64,000 nt of DNA from Utricularia gibba (Eukaryota > Plantae > Magnoliophyta), in NCBI GenBank assembly GCA_002189035.1, contig NEEC01000025.1:558001-622000 (forward strand), read 5' to 3'. The number at the start of each line of letters is the position of its first letter. Positions within the stretch are counted from its first letter, which is position 1. The notes beneath the pieces are model-generated. The model had not been told where the DNA came from. It worked only from the letters and a program-made list of their open reading frames with translations, and did no database searches. Shown in pieces: positions 11,911 through 24,012 of the stretch. The translations under genes and the position numbers were made by a program.

Positions 11911-12435
11911 CTACCTTTTTCTTTTCCCCACCAAGCCGTGGGTGGCCCCTGCGCCATGAACATGCTGAAGAACATCAGAAGCCCCTGGGACGCCATAAAT
12001 ATGTCCGGGTTCATGATAATCCATAACGTTACCACCATAAATACCTGCCCCAATGACGGCGGCTCCCCCCTCTTCACTACCGCCGGAAGAAATCTTCTCC
12101 CCCTCCATCTCCCTGTATTTCCCCAAGTAAACCTTCAAGGGCTCAACGTACTCATCAAAGCCAAGAGTCATCATAGCCCAGAGCAAATCATCGCCATTAA
12201 CAGTCTTCCGCTTCTCCCTCTGACACTTGTCGGAAGCTTCCCCAGTAACAAAACTGATAAACTCAGATACACACTCCTGCACCGTTTCCTTAGCGTCCTT
12301 GGAGATCTTCGCGTTCGCCGGGAGACCCTTCTTCATGATCCTGCCAACGTTGGCAATCGGCAAGAACCGATCTTGCTCTCTGTTTCCGGCGCTACTGTTG
12401 CCGTACCCTCCTGAATCGTTCTCCGAATCCACCAT
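11911..12435 (-). CDS. NF-YB: Nuclear factor Y subunit B (HAP3/NF-YB), intronless, 174 aa
   Basis: [70 protein letters not shown] histone-fold core; ATG at 12435 (MVDSEND). Confidence 0.96.
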   Translation of the reverse strand: MVDSENDSGGYGNSSAGNREQDRFLPIANVGRIMKKGLPANAKISKDAKETVQECVSEFISFVTGEASDKCQREKRKTVNGDDLLWAMMTLGFDEYVEPLKVYLGKYREMEGEKISSGGSEEGGAAVIGAGIYGGNVMDYHEPGHIYGVPGASDVLQHVHGAGATHGLVGKRKR

Positions 12436-12866
12436 TTTTTCCCCACAAGCAAAAGCGGCTAGATTCTTTTTCACCCCGACTGCGCTTCTTTGGTTCTTCT
12501 GTATCAAATCACAGCGCAATAATGGATTCGGGATGACCTTAACAACTTCACCTTCGCGTTGACAAACGGAGGAGATAGCGACCAAGAAGATATGCATACG
12601 TGGTGAACTTATTGTCCGCTAATTTTCCAATCGTGGGCCAGCCGCCACCGCCAGCCCAAGCCCACACATTAGGCCCATTTGTCAACCCAGACTTTTATTC
12701 AATTTCTAAGCTCTCAATAAATGATTTGATTCAAGTAGCTAACCTGCGCCTGCAGGCCACGGAGGCAACACCAAAAAAAGAAAAAAACACACTGTCGCGA
12801 CAACATATTATTCCGGGAGGACATCCGTCAGTCGTCATCATCCTGAAACCGCTAGCTCATCGGAGA

Positions 12867-13690
12867 TCAGCCGCCACCGCCGGATCCGTATTTCTTGCCG
12901 AAAACTATGACCTGCAATTTGTCATAGCCTGCGAGCACACCGGCACCAGCAACTGCTCTCAGAATGTTGGCTCCGGCACCCTTGAAGAGGGACTTGGGCC
13001 CCTCCTTTTGTACGATCTGGTTGAAGGCATCGATGGAGCTCTTGTACTTGACAGCCTCTCCGGAGGTCATCATCATTCTTCTGCGAACGGTGTCGATGGG
13101 GTAGGAGGCCAATCCCGCACCAATGGTGATACCCCAACCCAGCAAGAAACTTGCCAAGAAGTTGTCCTGGTCCAAATGAAGAAACATAATGCAATAAACT
13201 GCATTTCGACTCTGAACAAGGTTGGGTTGAGAAGAAAATTACTGACCTGCAATTCACCGGTCAAGATGACTGGTTTGAGGGAATCGTACATGCCGAAGTA
13301 GAGGCCACGGTAAACAATAATCCCAACACAGGAGATGTTGAATCCACGATAAAGTCCAGCAACGCCGTCTGATGCAATGGTTTTTCTATAGACGTCAACC
13401 AGGCCATTGAACTGTCGTTCACCACCCTTCTTCGCGGCCTTGGCATCATTTGCCAACCTTGTTCGGGCGTAATCAAGGGAGTACACAAACAATAGAGAAG
13501 AAGCACCAGCGAGGCCACCAGATGCCAAGTTCCCAGCAAACCACTTCCAGTATCCATCTTTGTCTTTCTTGAAGTTAAACATCCTCTTAAAGTAATCCTT
13601 GAAAGCAAAGTTCAGGGCCTACATATGCACACAGTGTTGGCGTTAGAGAAATTTCCAGTTGTGAAGAACCCTAGCTGTATCTGATGAACA

Positions 13691-13721
<31 letters not shown>

Positions 13722-14211
13722 CTACCTGGGTGGGAAAGTATCTGATAACATTGGCTGTGTTACCCCTCCAGAGAGAGATCACCCCTTCATCCTTTATAGT
13801 TCTTCCAAAGCAATCAGAAATGCCCTTGTAAGGTTCAGAGAGACGACCGGCTCTGATCATCTCATCTTGGTTTTGAATCAAGAGCTTAACTCTTTCGATT
13901 GGGGCAGCAGCAGTTTTGGAGACAGCTGCGGAAACTCCCCCCATCAAGAAATCCACCATAAAACTTGAAAAACCTTTCCCCTTTTCCATTGGAGCGTGTA
14001 CAAGAATTGGCGAGATAGGTGAATACACTTCATTCCCCGTAACAAGAGAGGAAGGGAAGGAAATGCTACGAAGCCCTCCATTGGCATATCCGGCACTCAG
14101 ATAAGCGAAGCTTGAGTTGCCAGACTGCACATGAGAAGAAGTCCGAGATAACAGAAATGATTGGCCATATAACTTCTGACTGACCGACGGATATCGCACA
14201 CTATCCTCCAT
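12867..14211 (-). CDS. AAC3: Mitochondrial ADP/ATP carrier, AAC3-like (exons 14211-13726, 13618-13247, 13166-12867)
   Basis: [39 protein letters not shown]|ALNFAFKD and the RRRMMM signature. The N-terminal extension ([16 protein letters not shown]) resembles AAC3. All exon lengths are multiples of 3. Confidence 0.93.
13692..13721. repeat. (GT)n(AT)n compound microsatellite in AAC intron
   Basis: gtgtgtgtgtgtgtatatatatatatatat read directly. Confidence 0.9.
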
Positions 14212-15915
14212 GCTCACCGGGAATTCAGTGACCTTTGATGGAATAAAACGAGTCAGCAATAGCATCCAAAGAACATCTCAAACAAAATCTTCCAGGCTAA
14301 AATAAAAGATCATCTTCACAAACAATTTAGAAGGCATGAATATCTAATACAGCTGAAACGCAGGGTGGAAAACAGAAAAAAGACTTGTCTTTTTGACGGG
14401 TCAATACAACTCATTCCCGAAAATGCGACCGATCGATCATATTTTCATGAGCGTTGTTGCATAGAATGAACCGCGCCACGAAGGCAGACACTCATAACAG
14501 GGACACATTGCTAACTAGAAACGTCAAACACTCCAGATCCAAGAACACATTTTTTTTCAGTGCCGGCCCGAACATTATCATTTTAGCATCACCGGCATTA
14601 GATCTGATGAAAGTGATGAAAAAATAAAGAAGCAAAATCTGTGATTCCAGCACCAGCGCATCCAGCTGTTCACAAAAAAAAAATGAAAACCATCCCCCAC
14701 TAATCCACACATATTTCTCGAAAATCAATGAAACCCAAGTCTAATCAATGACCCCGCAACGAAGAACACAACGAAACGAAGAGACCAATCAGTGTAACGA
14801 TGCAGGTGCAGCATCGGCTTTACCTATAGAAGGTCGCGAGCGAAGGCAGCGTAGCCCCCAAATGGGCGAAAATTGTCAATATATACTGAGGACCGTGCAC
14901 TAGGGCTTCCGTTTTTTACGGATATTCGCCCTCGGACTTGGGGAAAATTTCCATTGTGCCACGAAAACGGCTTTTTGTTTTTGTAGGATCCCCTCCCCTG
15001 CGTGGTGGGTTTGAATTTGGTATTTTGTGCAGGATATTATCCATAAGCCCGTTTACCTATGAGCCCGGCTCATGCATCTTATCGTTAAGCCCATCCCTCC
15101 TCGGAGTTCAGGGGCCCGCCCTATCCCTTTCTGGGTGGCTGCTGTCGTGGACAGTTTTTTGTGGCTGCCTGAGCTCTCGCAATCAATCAATCAATGGTGC
15201 TGAGCTGATGTTGCGCGTCTGAGAGCGTCATTACTTGGGCCGTGGCGCTGGGCCTCATGAAACCAACAGAGTGACAGAGCACGGCGAGCCCATGGCCGTG
15301 GTGGAACCGGATGAGCAAGGCGACTCACAAACCTGGACCAGGGAGGGGTGTCATCGGATAGGAATTAGGATAGATACAGAGCTTTGGACCAGGCTCTGTC
15401 ACTGCTCATTCGACTGCTCCGACAAGAATTCCGGGTGGCATTATCCTCGGGTCCAACACACATCTCAATTTCGTAGAAATCGTCTGCGGGATCCCAAAAA
15501 CCAGGGTTGAGTTGGATGGAGCGAGTAGTGGTGAGCGCAACCGCAGAAGCAGCAGCCAGCAGGGCGATTGCCAAGTACGATGTACGAGGCGGCAACGGAT
15601 TCCCTTCCTCGCGACTTGAATAATAAATGAAGGGAAAGGGGTGAAGTGAAGTGAAGGTACGAGTACGACCTCATCACCAAAGCAAAGCAAAGCAAAGCAG
15701 CTCTCCCCACCACCACATCTCCAGCCCCACCCCAACAGCACCATTTACTCCTCTCGTCGTACCCTGACCTAAACCCCAATAAATTCCACCCCTCCACGTT
15801 TCGATCCTTGGTTCGCCGCCCTGACGCCCCCTCCCCGAGGGAGGGAGGGAGGGAATACGCCGGAGGGAGGGGAGTTCCTCGGCCTCGTTGGTGGAATGCC
15901 CCACCGTAAAAACCA

Positions 15916-16778
15916 GATTTGCTGAATACCCCGGGTTCTAAAAGTATTATCCAAATACCCCTCTTTTGAATTTTTTATTATTTTGTATATAATTAATGCA
16001 CCTTTTTATCTATTTTAATCCAAAAATATATTTCCCATCTATTTTAAATGCACGTTTTTATCTATTTAATTTTAAATTTAATTTTGATTTCAAGTTAATT
16101 CAATACTTTACGAATTGCAAAATCAAAATTAAATTTTTATTACAAAAATGTTTTTACAAAAACATGTCTTTACTATAATCATAATTTACATCTATAACAA
16201 AAAAAAAAGTATAATGTTACTCTAATGTTTTTGAATGCATCATCACTTGTACACTTACAATATTTTTTTTTTGATCAATGAACACAAGTAATCTAGTTAG
16301 TACATAATTTTACATGTGAATTGTATTTATATAATGTTGCTATAAAAAATATTCAATGAAACAAAACATGGTGAATAATATCCAGAAAACAATTTAATGT
16401 TTTTTATGATATTTGGATCATCTAATATAAAATTATTAAACATTATATATTGTTTAAAAAATTTATTCATGTGATATTACTTATTATTGAAATATAATAA
16501 TAAAATAAACTATTTTCATTAAGTTATTAAAAAATATTTTTATGGTTGTATAAAACAAATTTAACTAAAAATATAAATAAATTAAATCAAAATATTATTT
16601 AAAGTAAATACTTATATAAATGTATTTTGATAATATATATCTAATCATTTTTAATATGTATAATATATATTTATTTGTTTATTTGTTTCTCTCTCTAAAA
16701 AAGGGGTATTTAGCAAAAGAATAACTGAAATAGGGGCATTTCTAAAAGGCTTTGGGAAAGCGGGGTATTCAGCAAATC
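15916..16778. mobile_element. Non-autonomous TIR element (Mutator-like MITE) with very AT-rich interior
   Basis: GATTTGCTGAATACCCCG (15916-15933) is the perfect reverse complement of CGGGGTATTCAGCAAATC (16761-16778), and the match extends imperfectly to about 50 bp. Extra sub-repeats at ~16703 and ~16792. No coding capacity; no clear target-site duplication found. Confidence 0.7.
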
Positions 16779-17083
16779 CTCATTTTGTAGAGGGGTATTC
16801 TGCTAAATTACTCCGGAGTTCCTCTGACCATTAGCCACCATATTTACTGATAACCATCCTGCAAAAGAAATATGTGTTTTTTTGCAATCCAACTGAATCG
16901 AAAGAAAAGCACGGGGCATATAACTGTCCATTGATTACTCGGCCTCGCAGTTGCATTGATTGCTTTGCTGCCCATAGAACCTCTGGGTTCCACAAGTACG
17001 ATCGAAGTGTAGAAAACGAAGGCGATTGATTAATAACGTGAACCTCAAACATCCCTCTCCACTTTACCCCCACATCTCTTCCC

Positions 17084-17650
17084 ATGGAATCCGCTACCCC
17101 TCCTCACCTTCACGATAAAAAGCAAAAGATGAGCGCGGGTGCCGCGGTGGTCATCATCGGCGACGACGACCAGAGGAAGATGAGCACCCCGCGAAAGCCG
17201 CCCGCTGCCAAAGTGTGCCAGGCGGACAGGTGCTCCGTCGATCTCAGCTACGCCAAGACCTACCATCGCCGCCACAAGGTCTGCGAGCCCCACTCCAAAG
17301 CTCCCGCGGTCGTCGTCGCGGGGATCCTCCAGAGGTTCTGCCAGCAATGCAGCAGGTTTACTGAATATAATTGTTTAAATACCTGCAAAAAAAGGATAAG
17401 TTTTCCCGAATTGGAAGACACAGTAATTGTAACCTCTAGAACTGAAAAATTGTATTTTTCCGAGGGCAGATTCCACGAGCTGAGTGAATTCGATGAGTCG
17501 AAAAGAAGTTGCAGGAGGCGGCTGGCGGGGCACAACGAGCGGCGGAGGAAGAATCCGGTGGATAACTCGGCTGCGGAGGGCGGCGGAGGGCGCAGGAAAG
17601 GCGGAGTGGGCAGTGGCGGGCAGGGGAGGAGGAGGAGGAGGATCCGATGA
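17084..17650 (+). CDS. SPL: SQUAMOSA promoter-binding protein-like, small SPL3/4/5 type (exons 17084-17355, 17470-17650; ~150 aa)
   Basis: [46 protein letters not shown]|[28 protein letters not shown], a complete SBP domain with the conserved intron position. Confidence 0.95.
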   Translation: MESATPPHLHDKKQKMSAGAAVVIIGDDDQRKMSTPRKPPAAKVCQADRCSVDLSYAKTYHRRHKVCEPHSKAPAVVVAGILQRFCQQCSRFTEYNCLNTCKKRISFPELEDTVIVTSRTEKLYFSEGRFHELSEFDESKRSCRRRLAGHNERRRKNPVDNSAAEGGGGRRKGGVGSGGQGRRRRRIR

Positions 17651-17714
17651 GGGTGGAGGAGAACGGCGACTACAACAAATTCCACGTCAGACTATAATTC
17701 CCGGGAAGCAGCAG

Positions 17715-17734
17715 CCGCTCCCTCTCTTCTGTCA
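17715..17734 (+). promoter_or_regulatory. miR156/157 target site in SPL 3'UTR
   Basis: CCGCTCCCTCTCTTCTGTCA versus the miR156 complement GTGCTCACTCTCTTCTGTCA: 3 mismatches, none opposite miRNA positions 1-13; lies 65 nt after the stop, as in SPL3/4/5. Confidence 0.92.
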
Positions 17735-19419
17735 TTTTCTGTTTTTTTACAATAAGTTTTTTCTGCTGGATGGTGTATGCGAGCTGGGAAGCCAACCATA
17801 ATTTTCTCTGTTGCTGCTCCATGTGTGGTCCGCTACCTGCAAAAAGAACCAATTTTTTTCTAAGCTTCCAGGTGCTTGCTTCATGTTGTGCTCTCCCAGT
17901 TTCTCTCTTTCTGCATTGCGGTTTGAGTATGTGTTCCCCTGTTCTACATCTTGTGTGTTTTTCCAAATGACTGGGGATGCTGTTTTCAAGATGGCTAACC
18001 ACATTAAAAGCCTTGATTACGTCAACATTTGCGGTTGCATATGTTGAGTTACCCCACACATCCATGACCCCTGCGGGGGGACATTCACGATGCCGCTGCT
18101 GCGAATTGCTTGCGAAAGTCACCAGTTGGCATGATTCCATTTCCATATGATGTGCTTCTCTCTAGCGACGAAGAATGGTTGCCGCCAGACACACCGGAGC
18201 CGTCCAAGTGGAGGCTCAAATGCTGTCGCACCTGTGCCTGATCAACAGACACCACCGTCTTCTAGCTGCACGGTGCGGCGACACACAAAAGAGATCCAGG
18301 TGCGAGTAGCCTTTATCCAGCCCTCACCTCAACCCCCCATGTCGTGAGTACTGTTGCTTCTTCGTGCTAACACCGATGTATACGCATACAAAGACACAAA
18401 GTCCAAAACACATGAATGAAAAAGTCGTGAGCCTCATTACGCCAAATAAATTGAATTCGTTAGAATTGGATGAACCAATATAACAAATGAGTTAAATAAA
18501 ATACTACACTAAAATACGATATTACATACGTACATAGATTATATATAAAAAAACAAGAAAACGAATTCTCCAACTCCAACTAATCTACTCTATACGTATA
18601 TGTATTATAAATGTGTATACTAGAGTGTGTGAGAAAAGTGGATATGGTATGAATAAAAAATTGGTTAGAAAAAGATATAATACCCATTTCAGGATTCTTC
18701 CTGAATAAATTTCCATAAATAGACGAATTCATGTATTATTGAATATAATTCATATGTAATATGCATATGCTAAGATATTACAGATATACGTTGGATGTTG
18801 TTTGGCTGGTCGTGGTTATCGAACAGAGACCTCCCTTGTCGGACTTGTGTGTGTTGCCCAAGGGAATCTCCCGTTACTAGAGCCCAAGTCAGGGATGTGG
18901 AATCGAAGCTTGCTGCATCGCAGCAAGAGCAATACAAGTGATGCGCAACCGGTCGTGGAGGGCAGGGCAGCGAAAGGGGGGAAAGCAACAACAAGGACAG
19001 TGTTCAGTTGTGTATTTGTGTGTTGCGGTGCGGTGGTAGGGAATGGGGTCGGATAGAAATGATGAGATGATGGCGCGGCGGCGGATTATTTTAACGCACA
19101 AAATGAATTGAATTATATTATATTATAAATGGCGAATTAATTCGTAACTAAAAAGCGGGGGCGGCGGCCACACAAGGTAACACGTGGTGCATGTGGGGCC
19201 CACCCGCAGGATGTGTTCTTAGCCGCCGTGGGGGCGGGCTTCTCGACTCGACGCCCTCCTCCCTCCTCTTCTTCCAGACGTTTCTGTGAATTTATTCCGC
19301 GATTGAGAGAGAGGGAGAGAGAAGAGGGTCAAACAACAACAAGATGCGTCTTAATACTTTCTGCACCCACACAGTAACAACACTTTGGGTTTCACGGAAA
19401 TCTATCCTCCGATCCTATT

Positions 19420-19979
19420 TCAGGCTTCTTGCGGCGGCGGCTGATTCAGATCGAGACCCACAACCCTTTTGGGTTCACACCCATCGCAGCCTTTCTGATC
19501 CACCAACGACGACCTCTCCGCTTCGCATCGCAACGCGCCGCCCTGGGGGGTTGCGGGGCGCTCGTCCCCATCGACGGCTGAAACAGCAGAACCGGCTGAC
19601 CGTTGGGGAGGACCGCGACCGTCGGTTGGGGCCTCAAGAAAGAGTAACCGTTGAAGGAGCCGATGGTCACCGCGGAGTCAGCGTTGGGTCCGCGGAGGCG
19701 CGTGCCGACGTCGGCGCTGGACGACTCGGCGTTGCTGCTCATGCTCGGACTACGAAGGGCTTCCAACGGGAGAGGGAAGTTAGTCTTCGCCTTGTGACCA
19801 CGGAACTCGAGCGCAGCGGCGTCGTAAGCACGCGCCGCCTCTTCCGCCGTGTCGAACGTACCGAGCCAGACGCGGCTCCGCTTTCCCGGATCCCGGATTT
19901 CTGCGGCGTACCGACCCCAAGGCCTCTTCCGTACTCCCCGGTAGTGGACCACGTTATCACCGTTGCTCTTGGCCGCCAT
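19420..19979 (-). CDS. ERF: Group VIII (class II, EAR-motif) ERF; apparent 1-nt frameshift at 19545-19550
   Basis: AP2 domain [57 protein letters not shown]. Adding one C to a C6 run gives the C-terminus ...SSLVDQ...[12 protein letters not shown] (EAR). Confidence 0.9.
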
Positions 19980-20839
19980 TCCGTCGGCGCCGTATCTCTA
20001 GGAATCCCCAGGAGCGGCGGATGATGCTGGAACAGAGATCCCAAGACCGGTGCAAGTAAATATTCCACCGGGAATGGGAATATTTTTATAGGAGTCAGAA
20101 ATTAAAAAAATCAGGAAATATTGCGGCGCGTGGAATCATTCAACGGGCCCCCCAGGGGTAGGCACACGTCAACCGTGCGAGCCCGCCGCCCAAGGAGGAG
20201 TGCCGTTAAGCGCTTGCAATTAAGGCAAGGCTTTGCTTAATTAAATCCGTAATCCCCCCAAAAACGTCGTCATCAAATGCTAAATAAATCCATCAATTAA
20301 AATAAATTCGGTTCGTGAAGCCCAGGGGTCTCGGCGAAATAAAGGAAGAGTTTAGGGGTGAAGTAGAAGGAGCAGCAAACATAATAATGATGTGTGGCGC
20401 CGTGGTGGGCCGGGGGTGCATGTTTGGTAACGGTGTCCATCCTCCACAGGATTCCTAGATGTGTGTACTTTGTGGCAGAGCGACCATTTCCCCATTCTAC
20501 CCTTCCAATCCAATTTCCTGTCCCCCCAATCGGAGTCCACCACGTGTATGTTATGTGGGCGCCGCAGTTGACTATTTTGCCCTTGCCGCTCGGGCTACCG
20601 TACTCGTCAAGTCACCCGTATAGCAGGCCCTATGCTGTTGGGCCGTGATGGGCTATCGAGCAGTGCCTATTCGCGAACCGCGACGAAGAAGACATGAAAT
20701 TGGTTTCTTGATCCGAGGTCCAATTCCAAAGCTTGCACTGATCGTTTATTCGGTTGTCGAGCGCCGCCAGCTGCCTCGCCGGCCCGGAGCCTTGTTCGGA
20801 CTTAGGGTTCCTCTACGTTGTTGATTGTCGTATCGAGCG

Positions 20840-23800
20840 ATGAGGGTGAAAGTGATTTCCCGATCCACCGATGAATTTACGCGGGAACGAAGCCAAGACC
20901 TTCAGGTTTCTTTCTTTTTTTTTTTCCAATTTTGCGTATGGAGTCTTCCTCAATGCCAGATGGTTTGCTTTATTTAGGCTGAAAATGGGATCTTTTTTCT
21001 CCTGCGCAGAGGTTTTTCGTAACTTCGACCCTGGCCTCCGGTCTCAAGAGAAGGCGGTCGAGTACGTTCGTGCTCTCAATGCAGCTAAGCTGGACAAGGT
21101 AACATTGTCTAGTGAGCTTTATTTGCCATGGTTATGTCTGAAAGGCTTTTTCATATTGCGCTTTTGTTTGTACAAATTATCAAGTTAAGGAAACCTACGT
21201 CTTTCTTTGTGGTCTAGATATTTGCGCGACCATTTATTGGGGCAATGGATGGGCACATGGATGCTGTTTCCTGCATGGCCAAAAACCCTAATCATTTGAA
21301 GGGAATATTTTCTGGTTCTATGGATGGAGGTAAACTGCACTTTATGATACTGTTATGATCCTCTATTTAAAGAGGCGGTGATCGTGAGATTTTTTAGTTA
21401 GAATTCGATGAGCAATGTATTCGCTGAAGCTCAACATCAATTTACTTACTTTTTCTTATGAAAACCATCATCCACTGCATTTATTTAAATATGCTCATCC
21501 TTTTATCGATTGTATACATCTAAATTTGTTGGTTGTGTTGCTTGTTTTCAGATGTCCGTCTTTGGGATTTGGCCAACAGGTATGAACTCTAAAGTGATAA
21601 TATTGCATGTTTTATCACATTTGGATTTTAGAAAGCGTTTCATTTTCTTAGGAAAGTATACTAAGGTAAATATGTGTGGAACCATGCCTTGGGTTGTAAA
21701 CAGATTACCAGTTTATGTCTTTATGAGTAGATTTTTCTAAAGGTTTAACACTAAATTTGTATTCTTTTTATATTAGGCGTACTGTTTGTCAGTTTCCTGG
21801 TCACCAGGGTGCTGTACGCGGTCTTACAGTATCCACAGATGGTCAAATTCTTGTGTCCTGTGGTACAGATTCAACGTAAGTCCATCTACTCAAATTAGCT
21901 TGGAACCAAGCTGAGTCTACTGTAATTTGGTTTTATTATTATGATGATGACAAGACTTAGTTCTTCAGGGTGAGGCTCTGGAAGGTCCCTGACACTAGCG
22001 TATTGGAACCTGATCATTCAGAAAACAAGGATGGGAGGGTTTGTAATTTTTAATGAACTTGATCATTGTTTCCCTTTTAGTATTGCATCAATCTTGGATC
22101 TGCCTGATCCCCTTGACGACTGACTTTTGGTTTATTGCAGTCACTTGCAGTTTATGTCTCGAAAAACGCTTTTTGGTAAGTTGAATTGCATCTTAACAGC
22201 AATATGTTTCCTCCAACTTATCTTCTCACTTTTCTTTTCGCCTTTTCAAGTTTAAACCCCAGGTTTAATTAGATTTACCTGTTTGTTGTATTCTAGGGCT
22301 GTTGATCACCAATGGAAGGTGATCTTTTTGCTACAGCCGGTGCTAAGGTGGATGTATGGAATCACAACAGGTTTTCCCAGGATTTTTTTAATTTTTTTTT
22401 AGAGATGTAGTTACTGTATTTCATGGTCGTAATTTCCCAAAATGCATGATTTGATGCAGGTCTCAGCCTGTCTGCAGTTTTGAGTGGGGTGTGGATACAG
22501 CTATATCTGTGAGGTTCAATCTTGGAGAGCCGAATGTACTGGCTGCATCTGCGAGGTCTGCTTCCTTTCTTTTGCGTTTTGCCAATTGATTAGCACCATT
22601 TCTATCTGCGATGCATTATCGCTGATGTATCCCTTTTAACATTTTTCATATCCCGATTTCCATGTGCACTGCAGTGATCGAAGCATTACTATATATGATT
22701 TGAGAATGTCCTCTCCTGCTAGAAAAATTATCATGAGGGTATGACCATCTTTTCATTTGGTCATTTACTTTTGTGAAAGTTCTACATTTCATCTCTTTTT
22801 GGTGCCCACAGACAAAAACGAATTCCATTGCCTGGAATCCAATGGAACCTATGAACTTCACAGCCGTAAGCCAACATTGATCTCCGTTTCCATGAATTGA
22901 AGCATGAAATCTGATACTGGATTTTTCTGTTTGCTGATCCTATTTTGTTGCTCTAAATCAGGCTAATGAAGATTGCAATTGCTATAGTTATGATGCACGA
23001 AAGTTAAATGAAGCAAGGTGTGTGCACAGGGACCATGTATCTGCAGTGTAAGGCCTTTGTTTCTCTACTTTCTCTGCGTTATCTAATTTTTTCCGTGAAT
23101 CTAACTTTTCACTTAAATGCTGCAGTATGGACATCGATTACTCTCCAACTGGTCGTGAATTTGTAACTGGGTCTTACGACAGAACAGTGAGTTTTGTTAT
23201 ATGTGTTATTCCCTTGGAACATTCTTCTTCTTCTTCTTCTTCTTCTTCTTCTTGAATATCTCATGTCTTTATTCGTTGACAAACAAAAGATGTTTTTGCA
23301 TTTTTTCAGGTTAGAATATTCCATTATAACGGTGGTCATAGTCGAGAAATCTATCACACCAAGAGAATGCAAAGGTCTAACCTTGTTGCATTATTCTTTA
23401 CATGAGGATGTGGTTTCCAAAAGTAGCTATGATTTCAGAAACTCAAGTCCTATTCAATGTTCTGTAGTTATTTCATTTTTGTCCCTCGTGCAGAGTTTTC
23501 TGCGTCAAGTTTACCTGCGATGCTAGTTACATTGTATCTGGAAGCGATGATACCAACCTTCGGCTATGGAAGGCTAGAGCTTCTGAGCAACTGGGAGTGG
23601 TATGAATCCCAATCCCTTTGTCTCTCCCTTTTTCATATTTTAGCAGACTAACATAGCCACCACATCTTTTCCAGCTGATGCCTCGAGAACGCAAGAAGCA
23701 TCAGTACATGGAAGCCGTCAAGAACCGTTACAAGCATCTACCAGAGGTTAAGCGCATTGTCAGGTATGCTGCATGCATATACGCATCCAGCAGCCTTGGT

Positions 23801-24012
23801 AGTAGCAAGCAGGATGCTCATTCATGGTTGCACCGGCATGTTTTGACAGGCATAGACACTTGCCAAAGGCGATATACAAAGCGGCGTCGTTACGGCGGAT
23901 CGTGGCCGATGCGGCTAGGAAGAAAGATGCGAGGAGAAGAGCTCACAGCGCTCCTGGAAGCATCCCAACAGTGGCATTGCGTAAACGAAGGATCATCCAA
24001 GAAGTCGAATGA
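20840..24012 (+). CDS. DCAF13: DDB1- and CUL4-associated factor 13 / SOF1 (WD40, U3 snoRNP), multi-exon; apparent 1-nt loss at 22314-22315
   Basis: MRVKVISRSTDEFTRERSQDLQ...RNFDP.LR.QEKAVEYVRALNAAKLDK; NSIAWNPMEPMNF; DIDYSPTGREFVTGSYDR; SGSDDTNLRLWKA; C-terminus RRAHSAPG...LRKRRIIQEVE*. Confidence 0.95.
23222..23253. repeat. (TTC)n microsatellite in DCAF13 intron
   Basis: About 10 TTC units read directly. Confidence 0.9.

Noticed and set aside
11866-12414. 182-aa plus-strand ORF, and similar ORFs 12600-13301, 19344-20024, 61824-62336
   Set aside because: They lie opposite or overlap well-supported genes (NF-YB, AAC, ERF, CYP72A), mostly use non-ATG starts and have no protein motifs.
15383-15403. 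TTGGACCAGGCT resembling miR166
   Set aside because: Only the 5' half matches and there is no miR166* arm.
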